From the human T2T-CHM13v2.0 reference genome, Homo sapiens, in the NCBI RefSeq assembly GCF_009914755.1, contig NC_060939.1: a stretch of 64,000 nt of DNA, one strand, 5' to 3'. Of the stretch, positions 28,654-43,618 are shown in pieces (positions within the stretch are counted from its first letter, which is position 1; the number at the start of each line of letters is the position of its first letter). Below the pieces are notes generated by a model, which was not told the origin of the DNA, made no database searches, and saw only the letters and a program-made list of their open reading frames with translations. The position numbers and the translations under genes are program-made.

Positions 28654-30239
28654 TGAATTAGTAAAAACAACCAACATTATGATCCTAAAAAGTATCTGCA
28701 TGTTGAATAATATTGTGTCAGTCCTGTACTCACTTAGCACCTCCAAAGAAAACCAAAGAACCAAAAGATTCCTGGAAAGAGTATAATGGCTTATTATGAT
28801 ATGTTTTGGTTACTATAATAATCATTCCAATAAGAATACACTCCATTATTACTATAATAATCATCCCCATGAGAATATCCTTTAGGCAGGGGTAACTAAA
28901 TTAAAAACACTTTTCTTTCACTTCATAGAAAATTATAAAATGATAATTTAACTTCTAATAGCAAGTTGTTTTTAAAGCAAAATTAGATACATTCTTTATA
29001 CCTTGCAATACAGTCTATAGATTTCAACTGAGCAAAATGATCTTTCCCAAACTAATTTTCTTCTTAGCTATAAATGTATTTTCTTAAAATAATGACAGAT
29101 GATGATTCTGTAGCAAATTACTGTAAGTAGTGCCTAACTTGACATTAACTAAACTGGAAATTAAATACCACTAACCGGAATTCTCAAATTTTCTTTTTGA
29201 TGTGGGAATTTGCAATACATTTAGTTATAAGATGAGTATAGTTGGCATGCCTAGAAATTACCTTTATTTTTCAAGCTCTATTACGATGACCAGAACTTGT
29301 TTTGCCTACTAGCCTCACTGAAAATATTCTACAAACTGTTTACTGGTGAAACTCATATTAAATTGGGATCCACATCTGTGGATAAGTAAGAAGAAATACA
29401 TTATGAATAAATATGTTTACTCTATAGTAAAACTTAAGTTTAGCTTAAATAATTTGAAATTTTATATCATTTTATTTTTAGCTTACATTGAATACCAAAC
29501 GAAGTCCCTGGAGGTGGTGGCGGGGGAGATTCTGTGAAATAACTCAATTTCAAATGTGTCAGCCGCAGCAAAAATAAATTAAAATAAAGCACAAATTCAG
29601 AAAGTATTTTCTCTATCAATCGAAGAAAGCAACATTTACAAGAATTCCATAGACCCCAGGAGTTATGGGAAAAGACTCTCAGATATGCAAGCAAGCCTCA
29701 GACACAATCAGATTCATTAAAACCACAAGTGTCATAATCAAATTAAGAGGCAGCTAGAGCTGACTGCTTGCAAACGCCACCTGTTACCAGGTGCAGCATC
29801 TAGAAGGCTCATTCAGGAAAACCAGGGTACTAACTCCAAAAAAGGTTTGCCAAATCTGCAAGAGGCAGCATGACCTCATCTTCCCTTCTGATCAAAAGAG
29901 ACACTAGCACTTCCACAAATGTGAAAGCACATAATTTAGAGAAATGTCGTGTTTGAGCCACTGATTCTTATCTGTTACTATGCCAGTGCTACATGATTTT
30001 AATTGTATCTTTACAATATATTTTAATATCTGGCGGTGTAAGACTTTCTTATTCTTCCTCCTCTCTTTCCCCATACCCCTCTTATTTCTTCTTTTGGCAA
30101 AAACTTTCAGGCTGTTTTTGCCAGCTTTATTCTTTTTTATATCCACTTCAGAACCATTTTGTTAAGTGTATTCCATGGGAGACTTGATTCTAATAAAATT
30201 AAATTTATTTTAAAAATAAAATTGTAGAAAGCAGGTATC

Positions 30240-30550
30240 TTTAAATTATTTTAAATCAGAAACAAGGTATATCTTTTCACTTTTTAAATGTGTCATCCTC
30301 CCAGAAAGATTTATGGTTTTCTTTAGAGCAGTCCTGAAATTTCTTAATAGTTTTCATGCTACTGTGCACGTGGTCTTTTTCCCCCATTATATTTTTTAAG
30401 TTGGTTACTGCTGATAGTTAGAAGATAAAAGATTTTTGTTATATTTCCTTTTTACTTAGCAATCTTATTTAACTCATATTAATTTTTCTCATAGTTCATG
30501 TCTCATGGGTTTACTAGGTAGATAATATTATCTGCAAATAATGATGGTAT
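30240..30550 (-). mobile_element. Diverged L1M fragment
   Basis: 'gggtttactaggtagataatattatctgcaaataatgat' resembles antisense L1 ORF2. Confidence 0.4.
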
Positions 30551-32253
30551 TGCTAATGTAGTTCTTAACCTCAACAAAGAACAGATTCTTGTTCCTTCTA
30601 TATTCTAATCATCAGCTCACTCAATTGTTTAACTTAAAAGTCTTACTTTCTGATGATGTGATAGTATAAATTATGGCATAATCTAAAGTCAATATATTTC
30701 AGAAACTACTTTTGATACCTGTGGGATAACTAAAAGTTCCAACCCCACACCAGGGCACAGATATCATGTTAGAAAACAAAAACTCAGTTACTATTTTAGA
30801 AGAATGGAAAAAATGTGGTCCTTTTTAAATGTTCTTGGAGAAATAAGATGAATCTTAGCACAAGTGAATAAAATATCAGAAAAATTGCCTCCCTCACCAG
30901 AAAGTATAATGTGATACATGGGCAGAAATATTTTTAAATAGTATATTTCAACAGTTTCTAAAAACTTTAAGCTTCTTGTACAGAACTCTTAACTTATTGC
31001 ATTGGGGAATTAAGATAAAATTAGTGATGACTATAAGTTTCTATCAAGTAATTTTCTTTCTCAATTGTGCACAGCCAATTACGAGGCAGAACACAACAGC
31101 TCAATCAAACCTTATTATTCCAGATTTAGTTCAAACCCTTATGAAGTGCACTGAGACTTGATATTGTCTGAATAAAACCTTTTCATAAATTGCTCTTTGG
31201 TAGGCTAGAAATAAAATAGATACTATAGGTACCTTTTAATGGGTCTTTAAGTTCTGCCAGGTATCCAGAGCAGTGGCAGTGAGCTGGCTGTTCATTAACA
31301 TAACATTTCATAACAGTGAGCCATGAAAGTGTGCTGAAGTCTGGTGCTTCCATGTGTAGCTTCCAGGATTTTCAGGGTATGGCTTAAGGACAGAGTAGCT
31401 TTTGTTTGTATTCCACCACGAACAAATTTCATTGTGCAAGGTACCAGGGCAATTTGCCCAGTAAGATACAGGACTTCTCCAACCTGATACAGGAAAGGGA
31501 AATTAAGGACTAAAATAAGAAAACACTACTCTCTTCATTCAAGCTATTACCCGAGTTCTTACTTAACTGGACAAATGGTGATAATATCTACTTTGGTAGG
31601 TTATTCTGGGGATTAGATGTATATAAAATATCTATTATATAGAGTTTAGAGCCAGAGCAGGGAATCAAGAAATGTAGCAATTTATTATTATATTGTTATT
31701 AGCCATCATTATTATTTCTGAATTAAGACTTTGCCCCCAGTGCAACAAAGTTGACTGAGTTTACTCATGGACCAATAAAGGTACAGCGGGAATAATTAAC
31801 CACTGTATTTGTTTTAGAGGGCAAAATTAATACAAGGATGAACAGTCATACACTACTTCATATGTCATACACTATTTTAAATAGTGTATAAACAGTCATG
31901 CACTATTTTAAAACCCAGTCACATGCTGGGCCTTAAAAGAATTAGTTCTGAGTATATGTGATTAATACTTTTATAATATCATAATATATGCCCCAATTAA
32001 TTGGACACAGATCTTACTAGGATATTATTTATCCTTGAGGAACATTTAAAATAGGACTAGGAGAAAGATCTTCCTTCAAGTCTGTGTGTTCCTCAAGGGT
32101 GGCACTGTGTTTATGGGATAGGGGCTGTGGGTTTCAGGTCATGAAAGCAAGATTTCAAATATGTGTCTTTAAAGTTGAAAATGAATTTGCATCTTATCAT
32201 TTCACAGACTAATGCCATGGAATTTTTGGCTTCTAAGGACATAGATAGATCAC

Positions 32254-32281
32254 TTTTTTTTTTTTTTTTTTTTTTTTTTTT
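32254..32281. repeat. Poly(T)28 tract
   Basis: Mononucleotide run. Confidence 0.95.
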
Positions 32282-35137
32282 GCAAATCAGCCTCTATAAT
32301 TGGACATAAGTGATATGAGACCTTTTTACAAAGCATCTGCTACTTTTTCTGTTGAGACGTTTACTAGATCTTGCTCCAAAAGAGCAAGGAGATAATAAAG
32401 GCTCTTTACTCTTTTCTGGTTTTCATAAAAATTCTGTGATAAAACCCTGTTTTTTCACTATTGGAAAGAGTAAACACATGAACTATTTAGTATATATAGA
32501 TCCCGAATACAGAGTGGTGGTGAATAAAAACTTTTTCCTTTCCCTATTCCCAGAATGTGTAAATTATTTAATAGAGACTTTGCTAAACTTTTACCACAAC
32601 TAAAAATTCCTCAGTATTAAAGCTCAGTGAAAAGAAATCTCAGTGCCTGAAGACAAGGAAATCAAACCATGTGACAGTCCCATATGCAACTCCAAATCTG
32701 TCCTCATAACTGTCTGTAGAGCTCACAAAAGAGTCACACATGTAGCTATTGGAAGAATATCTTACACAATTTGGCACACAAGTTCTAAGATTAGCAGCTG
32801 AAGAGGGGGAGGAGGAAGAGAGGAGCATAATACATTAACTGACACCCATCCACTATCTTTCTAAATTGTTTGGAATGTTAAAAATATTGTTTTGATCAAT
32901 CTATATATACATCCTCAAATTTGAAAGAGAAATTCAAAGCATGTTGTGGTTGAAAGAACAAATGGTTTTTAAAAAAACACTATGAAATATATGTCACTGA
33001 ACAAGGGAGTCCAGCCAGCTCCCAAGTGGCATGTTAACATGATGAAAAGCAAATCCAGGATGCTGTGAATCAAAGAGGCATGGCTCTATTTTTAAAAAGG
33101 CCTGTGTCTCCCCACCCTGTTTGCCAAGTACAATTTTTTTTGGAGTAGCCCAGCATCCAAAATAGGTAAGCATTTAAATGTTCCAGGGATTACCTGCCCA
33201 ACACTTGACCACCTCCTCCCCTTATAAGGCCTTCGGCTCTACATACATCACCCATGTTAATTACCAGACAAACAGAAGAGCTGTTCAACTAGTTCACTTC
33301 CCCTATTCTTGAACAGATTGTTTGAGACATAATATGAATACTAATTAATGATAAAATATCTGTGAGTGTTTTGAAATATGGACGAAGATAGCACTTTTAG
33401 AAAGGCGCCCAGATACATCTTGTGCCACAAGCCCCACTGGTCATATGAAGGGTCAGGGTACAGCTTGGAGATATGAGAGCAAAACTGGCAGAGTTTTTGG
33501 CTCCAATTCAGTGGGAAACTGTGGACCACTTTTTTTTTTGGAGGGGGGATTTACTTTCTTGTTAACCTTTTCCCTTTGTTAAATTGGAAGAGTTTAGAAT
33601 GAAAACTCTTTTCACAGACAAATGGAGAGAAAAACAGAATTTTGTTAGAGGTCAACCTGAGTAGATGGAAGAGTGAGACTTCAACATGTTTGATCCAGGA
33701 TTATGGGTCTATGCTCTGCAGCAAAAGAAATACAAGCAGGTTAGGGCTGATCCAATGCTGAGAATGCTGAGTGCCCAGGACCGATTCAGCCTCTGTGATA
33801 CAAAGGGCAGGGGAAAGATCGTTTAAAAAAATATGATTCCTCTTCAATTCAATCACCCTTTACAAATAGTTTGCTTAGTCTCAGAGAAGTGCACCCATAG
33901 AGATATAGGAAATATACTTTTCATTAAAGAGCAAAGCATATTATTAGGTTGAATTATAAAGACAACTGAAATAGTACTTTTTATGATGAGTCTAAGTCAT
34001 TGCCAAATCGTGTTGTCTCCTTTCCTTCTAAAACTGAGTATTGTACTTCCTTCCTAAAACCTTTAAAACTGGCTCCGTCTTATCTCAGAAACTTTACTCC
34101 ATTAATAAACTAGTCTTTGTATTCTTCAATTTTGATATCTAATGTAAATGCTTAAATAGTGCTTTATAATTCTTTGGACTTCAGTAATTGCAATTTGTTC
34201 TAATGCCAAAGAAAAGAGAAGAAGATTATTCAAAATTAAACTTAACAACAAAATAATTTATATTTGACATTAGAGTTGTTTTTGCATTGAATTTTAACAA
34301 TGGATATGTAAAATATTAAAGAAATTCATTTGCCTCACTGAAAGAACTGAAAATGTCTCATGAAAATCTGATTTGGGAAAGAATTAAAGTTAGCCACAGT
34401 CTGCGTTTCATGTATAGCTAGTCCTTATCTGTCTGAGGTAAGGCCTGGAATTCTCACACTTTCCTGTAATTACATGATTCTTTCCAAGACTGATTCAAGG
34501 TTTGTCATGTTCCAACCTTTCTTAAGGGCAGGGGAAATGATCTCCTATTTGCATTTCAAAGCTTCTCTTTGCATTCAACTAAATTTAGAAAAAAGAGAGA
34601 TGTCAACATCAAATTATCAAATGAGATACCGTTAACAGTAGTTGCCTAAGATGACAGCAAATTAAGTCCATAAATAAAGAAGGAAAAAGCATAATAAAGA
34701 TAATTCATTGTAGATATGAACTTTTGTTATAACACACGTTTTTATGCTTGTTTACACTTATTTGTATTTCTCTTCATACATATTAATCTTTCCCCCACCT
34801 CCCCACTAGACCTGATGTTAGTACTTTAAGGCCATAGCAGGCTTTTCTTAAATATTTAGAAAAAAAGGTCTAAGAATATCTTCTCAGTTAACTGGAAAAA
34901 TATACACAATATCCTGGGACAGGTCTTTTCCTCCTGATTGGCTGAACTCTTGAGACTTAATATTTCTTGGCCTTGCTTCCCCAAAGCCATCTCACCTGGA
35001 CCCCAATTACATCACACAAAGATCCAAAGTCAACTGAAAGCACCAACTGCCACCCCCAGGCCCTGTGCCTAAGGTCCAAACCCACGCAGTGCTTACCTAT
35101 CCTACGTGGTGAAATACACAATAAAGCTTAAAGAAGA

Positions 35138-35489
<352 letters not shown>

Positions 35490-35729
35490 TCATGTTGATG
35501 TTACATTGCTCATTCAGTACTACAGGCGGTGGTGTCCTCAAAAGTGACAGCTAGTAAAGTGATTTTCATAGGGCTACTCTGAATTTACTAAGAGCATTCA
35601 CAATGCCACTAGAACTGGTTGAGTCTTCACCAGTTTGGAGAGTAGAATGAAAGCTGAAACAGAGATGATATACAGAATCATTAGAAGCACAAAGTACGTA
35701 AGGAAGGATTTTCCTCCTTCTCATGTTTT

Positions 35730-36335
<606 letters not shown>

Positions 36336-36703
36336 TGAATTGAGTATGTGAATTATCATAACACCATCTTGTGCAATAATTCACCAAATAGTTTACCATT
36401 AGTGCCTTTTATGGCATGTTTAAGAAGCATCATGAGGGAAGAGGAACAGTTGACTTACCTACCAAGTGGGCAAATGCACAAGATACTCTCTGTGCCACTT
36501 GCCCACTTGGTAGAGAATGTCAGAGTCAAGAGTCCCTAACAAATATTTATATAACTTATCTTTAACTTGAATTTATGAACAGATGATTGTCTAGATGTCA
36601 GAGTAATATATGACTCATAAAAGTATGCAATACCAGAACACACAGATTTAACATAGAATAAGGAAGTACATATAACCTAAACTATTTATTTTGGTGGAAA
36701 ATC

Positions 36704-36977
36704 TTTTTTTTAGAGACAGGGTGTCACTCAGTTGCCCAGGCTGGGGTACAGTGGTGTGATCACTGCTCACTGCAGCATCAAACTCTTGGGCTCTTACTCC
36801 CGTCTCAGCCTCCCAAGTAGCTGGGAACACAGGCGTGCACAACCACACCCAGCTAATTAAAAAAAATTTTTTTTTGTAGAGATGGAGTCTTGATTTGTTG
36901 GCCAGGCTGGTCTTAAACTCCTGGCTTCAAGTAATCTTCCTGCCTTGGATTACAGGTGCTAGCCACTACACCCAGCT
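36704..36977 (-). mobile_element. AluJ with internal deletions
   Basis: J-type body; TSD gaaaatcttt. Confidence 0.85.
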
Positions 36978-36989
36978 GAAAATCTTTAA

Positions 36990-37245
36990 CAACAGCTACC
37001 ATTTACTGAGCCATTATCATATGCCATTTAATGCGCTAGGCATTTTACCTGCATAATTTCATTTGATTCTCACAAAGCCACTGTCGGCACTATTATTATA
37101 CCTATTTTAACGACAAGTGCACTGGAACTTGGAGAAGTCAAGTAAATCACTCAAGGTTTCACAGGTGGGACACGGCAAACCTGGGACACAATTATAAGGA
37201 TGTTTGATGGCAGTGCCTGTGCAGTCTTAACTACTAAGTCATATT
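36990..37245 (-). mobile_element. MIR (near full length)
   Basis: 'agctaccatttactgagc...tcatttgattctcacaa...tattattatacctatttt...aagtaaatcactcaagg'. Confidence 0.75.
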
Positions 37246-37914
37246 ACTTTTAATTTCCATAGGCATCTTTCTTATCTTTGGCTCTAGTACTTGATCCAAC
37301 ATTGGATATGAAAGTTTCTGTACATTTAGTACAGTTTCAGCAAAGTTAGTACAGTTTCAGAGAGTTAAATAGCTTTTCCAAAATTCTAAAGAATAATGCA
37401 AAGTTAGAGTCAGATTAGCATGGTAGATAGAGCTTGAATTTTAGAGCCAGCAAGACCTGGGTTGTGGGCCTTTGGACAGGTTACCCTGTGAAACCAGTTT
37501 TCTTATCTGTGAAATGACAATTATGCTGTCTGTATATAGAATGCTTAGTATTTTGCAGACAATATACCAATAGTCACTGTTAATCTCTAATGTTGAATCA
37601 TTTGAAAACCATACGATCTCACAAACAAAGCAGATGTTTTGATAGTATATAGATTTGTTTTCTTTATATACTTGGTAGCTTAATTATTCATGAATTATAA
37701 CAGTAATTTTTTCTTCAACTCTGACTCTCACTTTATTTTCATATTCAATGCTATTGGTTTAGTCACATGACTGAATTAAAACTTATTGCTTCTTACAATA
37801 GTCTGATAAATTACTAATGAATAATTTAATACTAGTAAAGAGATTAATGAGTTCTTAAATTATAACAAATTATTCTATCACAGGTTACAGTTACATGTAG
37901 CATAAAACTAATTA

Positions 37915-38050
37915 TGGTCATTTACTTATTTAATCAGTAAATTTTTACCAAGTGCCTATATGTGCTGAGCACTGAACTCTTTGCTAGATATTTAATATGA
38001 AAATACACCATTCCTACTCTGAATAAATAGTCTAGTGGGAAGACAGTCAT
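37915..38050 (-). mobile_element. L2 3' fragment
   Basis: 'catttacttatttaatcagtaaatttttaccaagtgcctatatgtgctgagcactg...agtctagtgggaagacag'. Confidence 0.6.
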
Positions 38051-38556
38051 GCCAAGAGGGCCATTGAATCACTTGGAAAAACCAGTAAAAAGGTACCACA
38101 ATTGATCAATCAAAAAACAAGTTGCTGAACTGGGGCAATGGCAGTGGGTTGACATAGAGGGCCCTTATATCTACTGGCAATATTCAGTAAGTAGAACTGA
38201 TGGCATGTGATTCTAGATGAGATGTATATTTGGGGAGGACAGAATGTAAAGGAAAGGACCTAGGCTGACTCATGGGTTTCTATTTGATCTAGAGACACAA
38301 CTTGTAAAACTGGTGTGCTAAACAAAAGTATTTTCTCCTTAAAATCTAACTCATGGAATCATCAGTGATATTTGAATCAATAATAGCAAATGTAAGTGAT
38401 AATAATGTTAAGTAGAGGAGGACAAATAGAAAAAATTTTTAAAAATAAAATGCTAACAAATGTAACTAGTTACATCACCACCATATAAATTAGGTGCAAT
38501 GCTTTATGATGAGAAAAATCACTTGAAGTATAAGCAAAAATTTAGGTTTAGATTAG

Positions 38557-38976
<420 letters not shown>

Positions 38977-39112
38977 TGAGCCTCAAATATGGTTCTAACC
39001 GTTAACTTTGAGACTGGTGTCCCAGAGCCATTTCAGCAACTGTGTGCCCAACTTTCTACAATTAGAGCAAAGCCACATAGCAGGAGAAAAGTTTATATTG
39101 CAAAGGGATATA

Positions 39113-39430
39113 CAGTTCTTTCTTGGTGTCAGTGGGGGAATGGTTCCAGAGTCTCTCTTGAATACCAAAATCTGAGAATGCTCATGTCCCTGATATAAAA
39201 TGGCATACACACATCCTCCCTGTATGTTTTAAGTCATCTCTCGATGACTTATAATACTTAATGCAAAGTAAATGCTATGTAAATAGTTGTTATACTGTAT
39301 TTTTTTTACTGAGTAATCACAAGAATAAAGTCTGTACGTGCTTGGTACAGACACAACATTTTTTTTCAAATATTTTCAGTCCTCGGTTGAATCCACAGAT
39401 GCAGAACCCACAGATACAGAGGGCCAACTG
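39113..39430. mobile_element. MER2 (TcMar-Tigger non-autonomous DNA transposon)
   Basis: TA|CAGTT...AACTG|TA termini; internal 'gtaaatgctatgtaaatagttgttatactgtatt'; terminal 'gaacccacagatacagagggccaactg'. Confidence 0.85.
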
Positions 39431-42400
39431 TAGTCATTGGATCGATCTGCTCTTTAAAAAGCTATTTAGAGTTTCAAGTGCAAGCTGCTTGCTGAACAAA
39501 AATCCTCAGACACAATCAACCACAGGATTTCAACCAAACTTCAAGTATTTTACAAAGAAATAACATAGTATTTGTTCAAAGAGAACGAAACACCTTTTTC
39601 TAAGGGTGATTTAAGTCAATAAGTAATAAGCTAAATCTTTGTTATGAATGCATTCTGGGGTCTGAATGACTGTTGCCCTTTCAGAGGGCAAAGTGCACAA
39701 AAGATTCAGTGACCTTCTGACTTGACAGTCAAATAACTACCATTATGTTCAGTCAATATAAGTAAGCATGGCTGACAATTTGCTAATTGGCTGCCTGTGG
39801 TCAGTCAAGTGTACTTTTGACCTTAATGAGAACCTAATCAATTAATACTCAGGGCAATAAAGACTTCTTACTGATTAAGTTAGACAGAAATTATCTTTTT
39901 CTAATAGGATTAATGCTACAAAGTGGCCAACTTTTTATTTAACATATGATAATCCTCTCTTCTTTGGACTCTCTTATTTAGCTAACATGGTGAAACTGAA
40001 TTATGAAACGTGAGATCTTTTGTTCAACTATGCTTAAAGCTTTTTTTTTTAATTAAAACAAAACAAGCAGTGTAATTAAGATACTAAAATGAGAACGTCT
40101 GGTGTTTATTTGAATTATATGACAATCAACTGAACCTGATATGATCACAGAATTGAAAAAAAATGTATGTTTTCTTACACCAAGAGAGTCCATATTGAAA
40201 TCCTTAAAAAATAATGAAAGTCACTAGAATTGTTTTTAAATCAGGGTCCTTTTCTGGCAACTACTAAGATGATAGTAGCTAGGATTCCAGAGGCATACAG
40301 TTTTCTTTTTAATTGAAAAGAAAGATGATACTATTGTCTTTCATGAAGATATTTTAAAAATGCTCTTAAAATAAAAATTTCTTTACATTACAAGAGCAAC
40401 TGTCATTTTAAGTCACAAAGTGTAGTCTTCTCTTCCGTAATGTGGTTGATATAAAGCAGCATCCTTTTATGTGCTCTGTAGAGTAGGTAAACAGCCTCTA
40501 TGCTGAAATGCAGCCATAATTTGTAGGAGCTTCCAGAATTACTTTCTGTTTACAATGCATAATATCTGACTTGGCAAAGGAACAAGTTTATCATTTTAGG
40601 TTAAAAATTTATCATTTAGACACAGTGACTAAAAATTTATAATTCTCTGAGATAAGCTTTCCTCTTTAAGGCTTTGAAATTCATTTGGCTCAGACGATAC
40701 TTTTGAAAATGTATGTATTTTATATAGGAGAGCAGATATGGTTCCTTTAAAAAATAGTTGAAAAGCAACAGCTGTGTATCTGCAATAACTGTTTCATGAC
40801 GCTTTTAATACAGATAAATATGCAAATATGTCAGACTATTTTTAATACACCATTTTCACGCAGCCTAGTGACTGAAAACAGAGCAAACGTTCTGTGTATT
40901 TAGATTCATAATGAGAAATATACACCACTCAAAACTGGAATTATTGTCATGTTGCAGTGAGTAATAAAAAATATGTTTTTGGATGGTAAATAAAACAGTG
41001 CTAAGTCATAACAAGTACATTGACAAAGTCCAGGGAGTAGCTGTTCAGTTTCTACTACCATATCATCAATATTGTTTAAAAAAACTACAATGCACTGCTC
41101 AGATTCTTCTGCTGATGGGATAATACATGTTAACATCACAAACAATAGGTAATTTTATCTGGATTCTAGTTTCTGAAGACAGGGCCAACTGGGTTTCATA
41201 ATTTAGATAAGTAATTCAAGTAGTTAAATCAAGTTACATTTTTTAGTAGAATCATATGAGAAATCCATAATGGAATTAGAATTAAGTCCCACAGGTTCAA
41301 CTGAACCTTACTATGCTAAGCTTTCTTTTAATATTACCCACAATGACTTTGTTACACATTTATTATGAAAAATGTCAAACACAAAGCAGAGTATAATAAG
41401 GAACATCCACATACACTACCACTATTAACATTTTACTATACTTGTGATATCATATATCTCTGTCTACTATAATTTTTTTCTTTTAGATTTTTGACTACTT
41501 TTATTTTTTAAAAATAGACTATTTTGGGAGGGCAGTTTTACGTTTACAGAAAAGTTGAGTGGGAAATACCAAGAGGTCCCACATCACCTCCCAACCTCTC
41601 CCCACAGTTTCCTCTATTAATATTTTGGATTAGTGTAGTAGATTTGTTACAACTGATGAGTGTCTTAGCCTGTTTTATGCTGCTGTAACAGAATACTACA
41701 GACTGAGTAATTTATTAAGAACAGAAATGAATTGGCTCATAGTAGGATCTGTAATAATTAATTAGACCATGATGACTCCACCCTCATGAATGAACTCACA
41801 GTTCTGGAGGCTGAAAAGTCCACTATAAAGATGCCACCATCTGGTGAGAGCCTTCTTGCTGCATCATAACATGTTGGTAGGCATCACACTGTGAAAGGGC
41901 AAAGAGGCAGGAGACAGGAGTGAACAAGAGTGGGGTAAAGCCACTTCTGCAATAATAGCATTAGTTCATTCATAAGGGTGGACTCATCCTGGTCTAATTA
42001 ATTATTACAGATCCTATCTCCCAAAACTGTTGCAATGGTAATTAAATTTCAACATGACTCTGGAAAGGACAACCATTCAAAACATAGTATTCTACCACCA
42101 ACACAAGGGGCAGTATTGAAAAAAAAATTTTTTTGAAGTATTCCACCTCTAGCCTCCCAAAACTTATACATTCGTTTCAACCCAACAGCTCTCAAAGTCT
42201 TAACTCATTCCAGCATCAACTCAAAAGTCTAAGTCCAAAGTCTCATCTAAATCATCTGTGGGTGAGATTAAAGGCACAATTCATCATAAGGCAAATTCCT
42301 CTCCAGCTGTGAGCCTGTGAAATCAAAACATGCTACAAGCTTCCAAAACACCAAGGCGGAACAGGCAAAAGATGAACATTCATATTCCAAAAGGGGGAAA

Positions 42401-43618
42401 AGAGTAAACAACATTAAATCATAAGACTCCAGAGTAATCTTTCTTGACTCCATGTCCTGCCTCCTGAACACACTAGGGTAGGCGTTGGGCCCCCTAGGCC
42501 TCAGGCAGTCCCACCCCTATGGCTTTGCTGGGCTCTGCTCATGCAGCAGCTATCACAGGTTGAATTGCTGGGGCTACCTGTTGGTGGTTCTATAGTTCTG
42601 GGGTCTTAGGGGTGGCCCTATTCCCATGGCTCCACTAAGAACTTCCCTGACAGGGACTTTCTGCAGAGGCCGCACCCCCATGGCTCCACTAAGTACTGCC
42701 CTGGTGGGAACTCTCTGCAGTGGCTCCACTCCTGTGACAATTCTCAGCCTGGGTCTCAAGGGTCTCTGAGGTATCCTAGGTGAAGGCCACCATAGTACCA
42801 AGCTCATGCACTCTGTGTCTGCAGAGTTATCACCATGTGGACCATTATGGGTCTGTATGTTCCTGAGAGAGGTAGCAGGACCACTGGTTTTGCCCTTAAG
42901 GTCCTAGATGGGAAAGACATCCTGGAAGATCTCCTAAATGCCTTTGGGTTGTTCTCCCATTGTCTTGATGAATAGCACTTGGCTTCCTTCTATCCATACT
43001 AATCCCATTATCAAAGGGTAGCTTGGCTACCCCGTTGGTATTCTCTCCCAAGCAAGCTTTTTAATTCTTTATATGGCCAGGTGTCAATTTTTCCAAGTGG
43101 TTACATTCTGCTTTCTTTTTAATTAATTATAAATTCCATCTTTAAATCACTTCTCTTTTCTGACATTTTACTATGTGCAGTTGAAAGAAGCCATGCAGCA
43201 CCCTCAATATTTTGCTTAGAAATTTCTTCTGTCAGATATCCTGGTTCATGGCTCTTAAATTCTGCCTTCCATAAAGCCCTGGGCCATGGACACAATTCAG
43301 CCAAGTTCTTTGCCACTTATAATAAGGATGGCCTTAACTCTAGTTTCCAATACCTTGTTTCTCATTTCTGAGAGTTCATTAGAATTGCTTTTACTGTTAA
43401 CATTTCTATCAATATTCTGATCATGAACACTTACATAATCTCTAAGAAGTTTCAGACTTTCCCCACAGCTCTCTTCTTCTGAGCCATGTAGAAACAATTC
43501 AGCAGAATTACCCACAATGCTCAATTCATGACAATATAGGCTTTTTCCAGCATTAATTTCAAAACTGTTCTACCTGCTACCCATTACTCAGTTCCAAAGT
43601 CACTTCCATAATTTGTTA

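Noticed and set aside
37326-37360. 20-bp-period duplication ttagtacagtttcag
   Set aside because: Ordinary two-copy slippage with no further structure.
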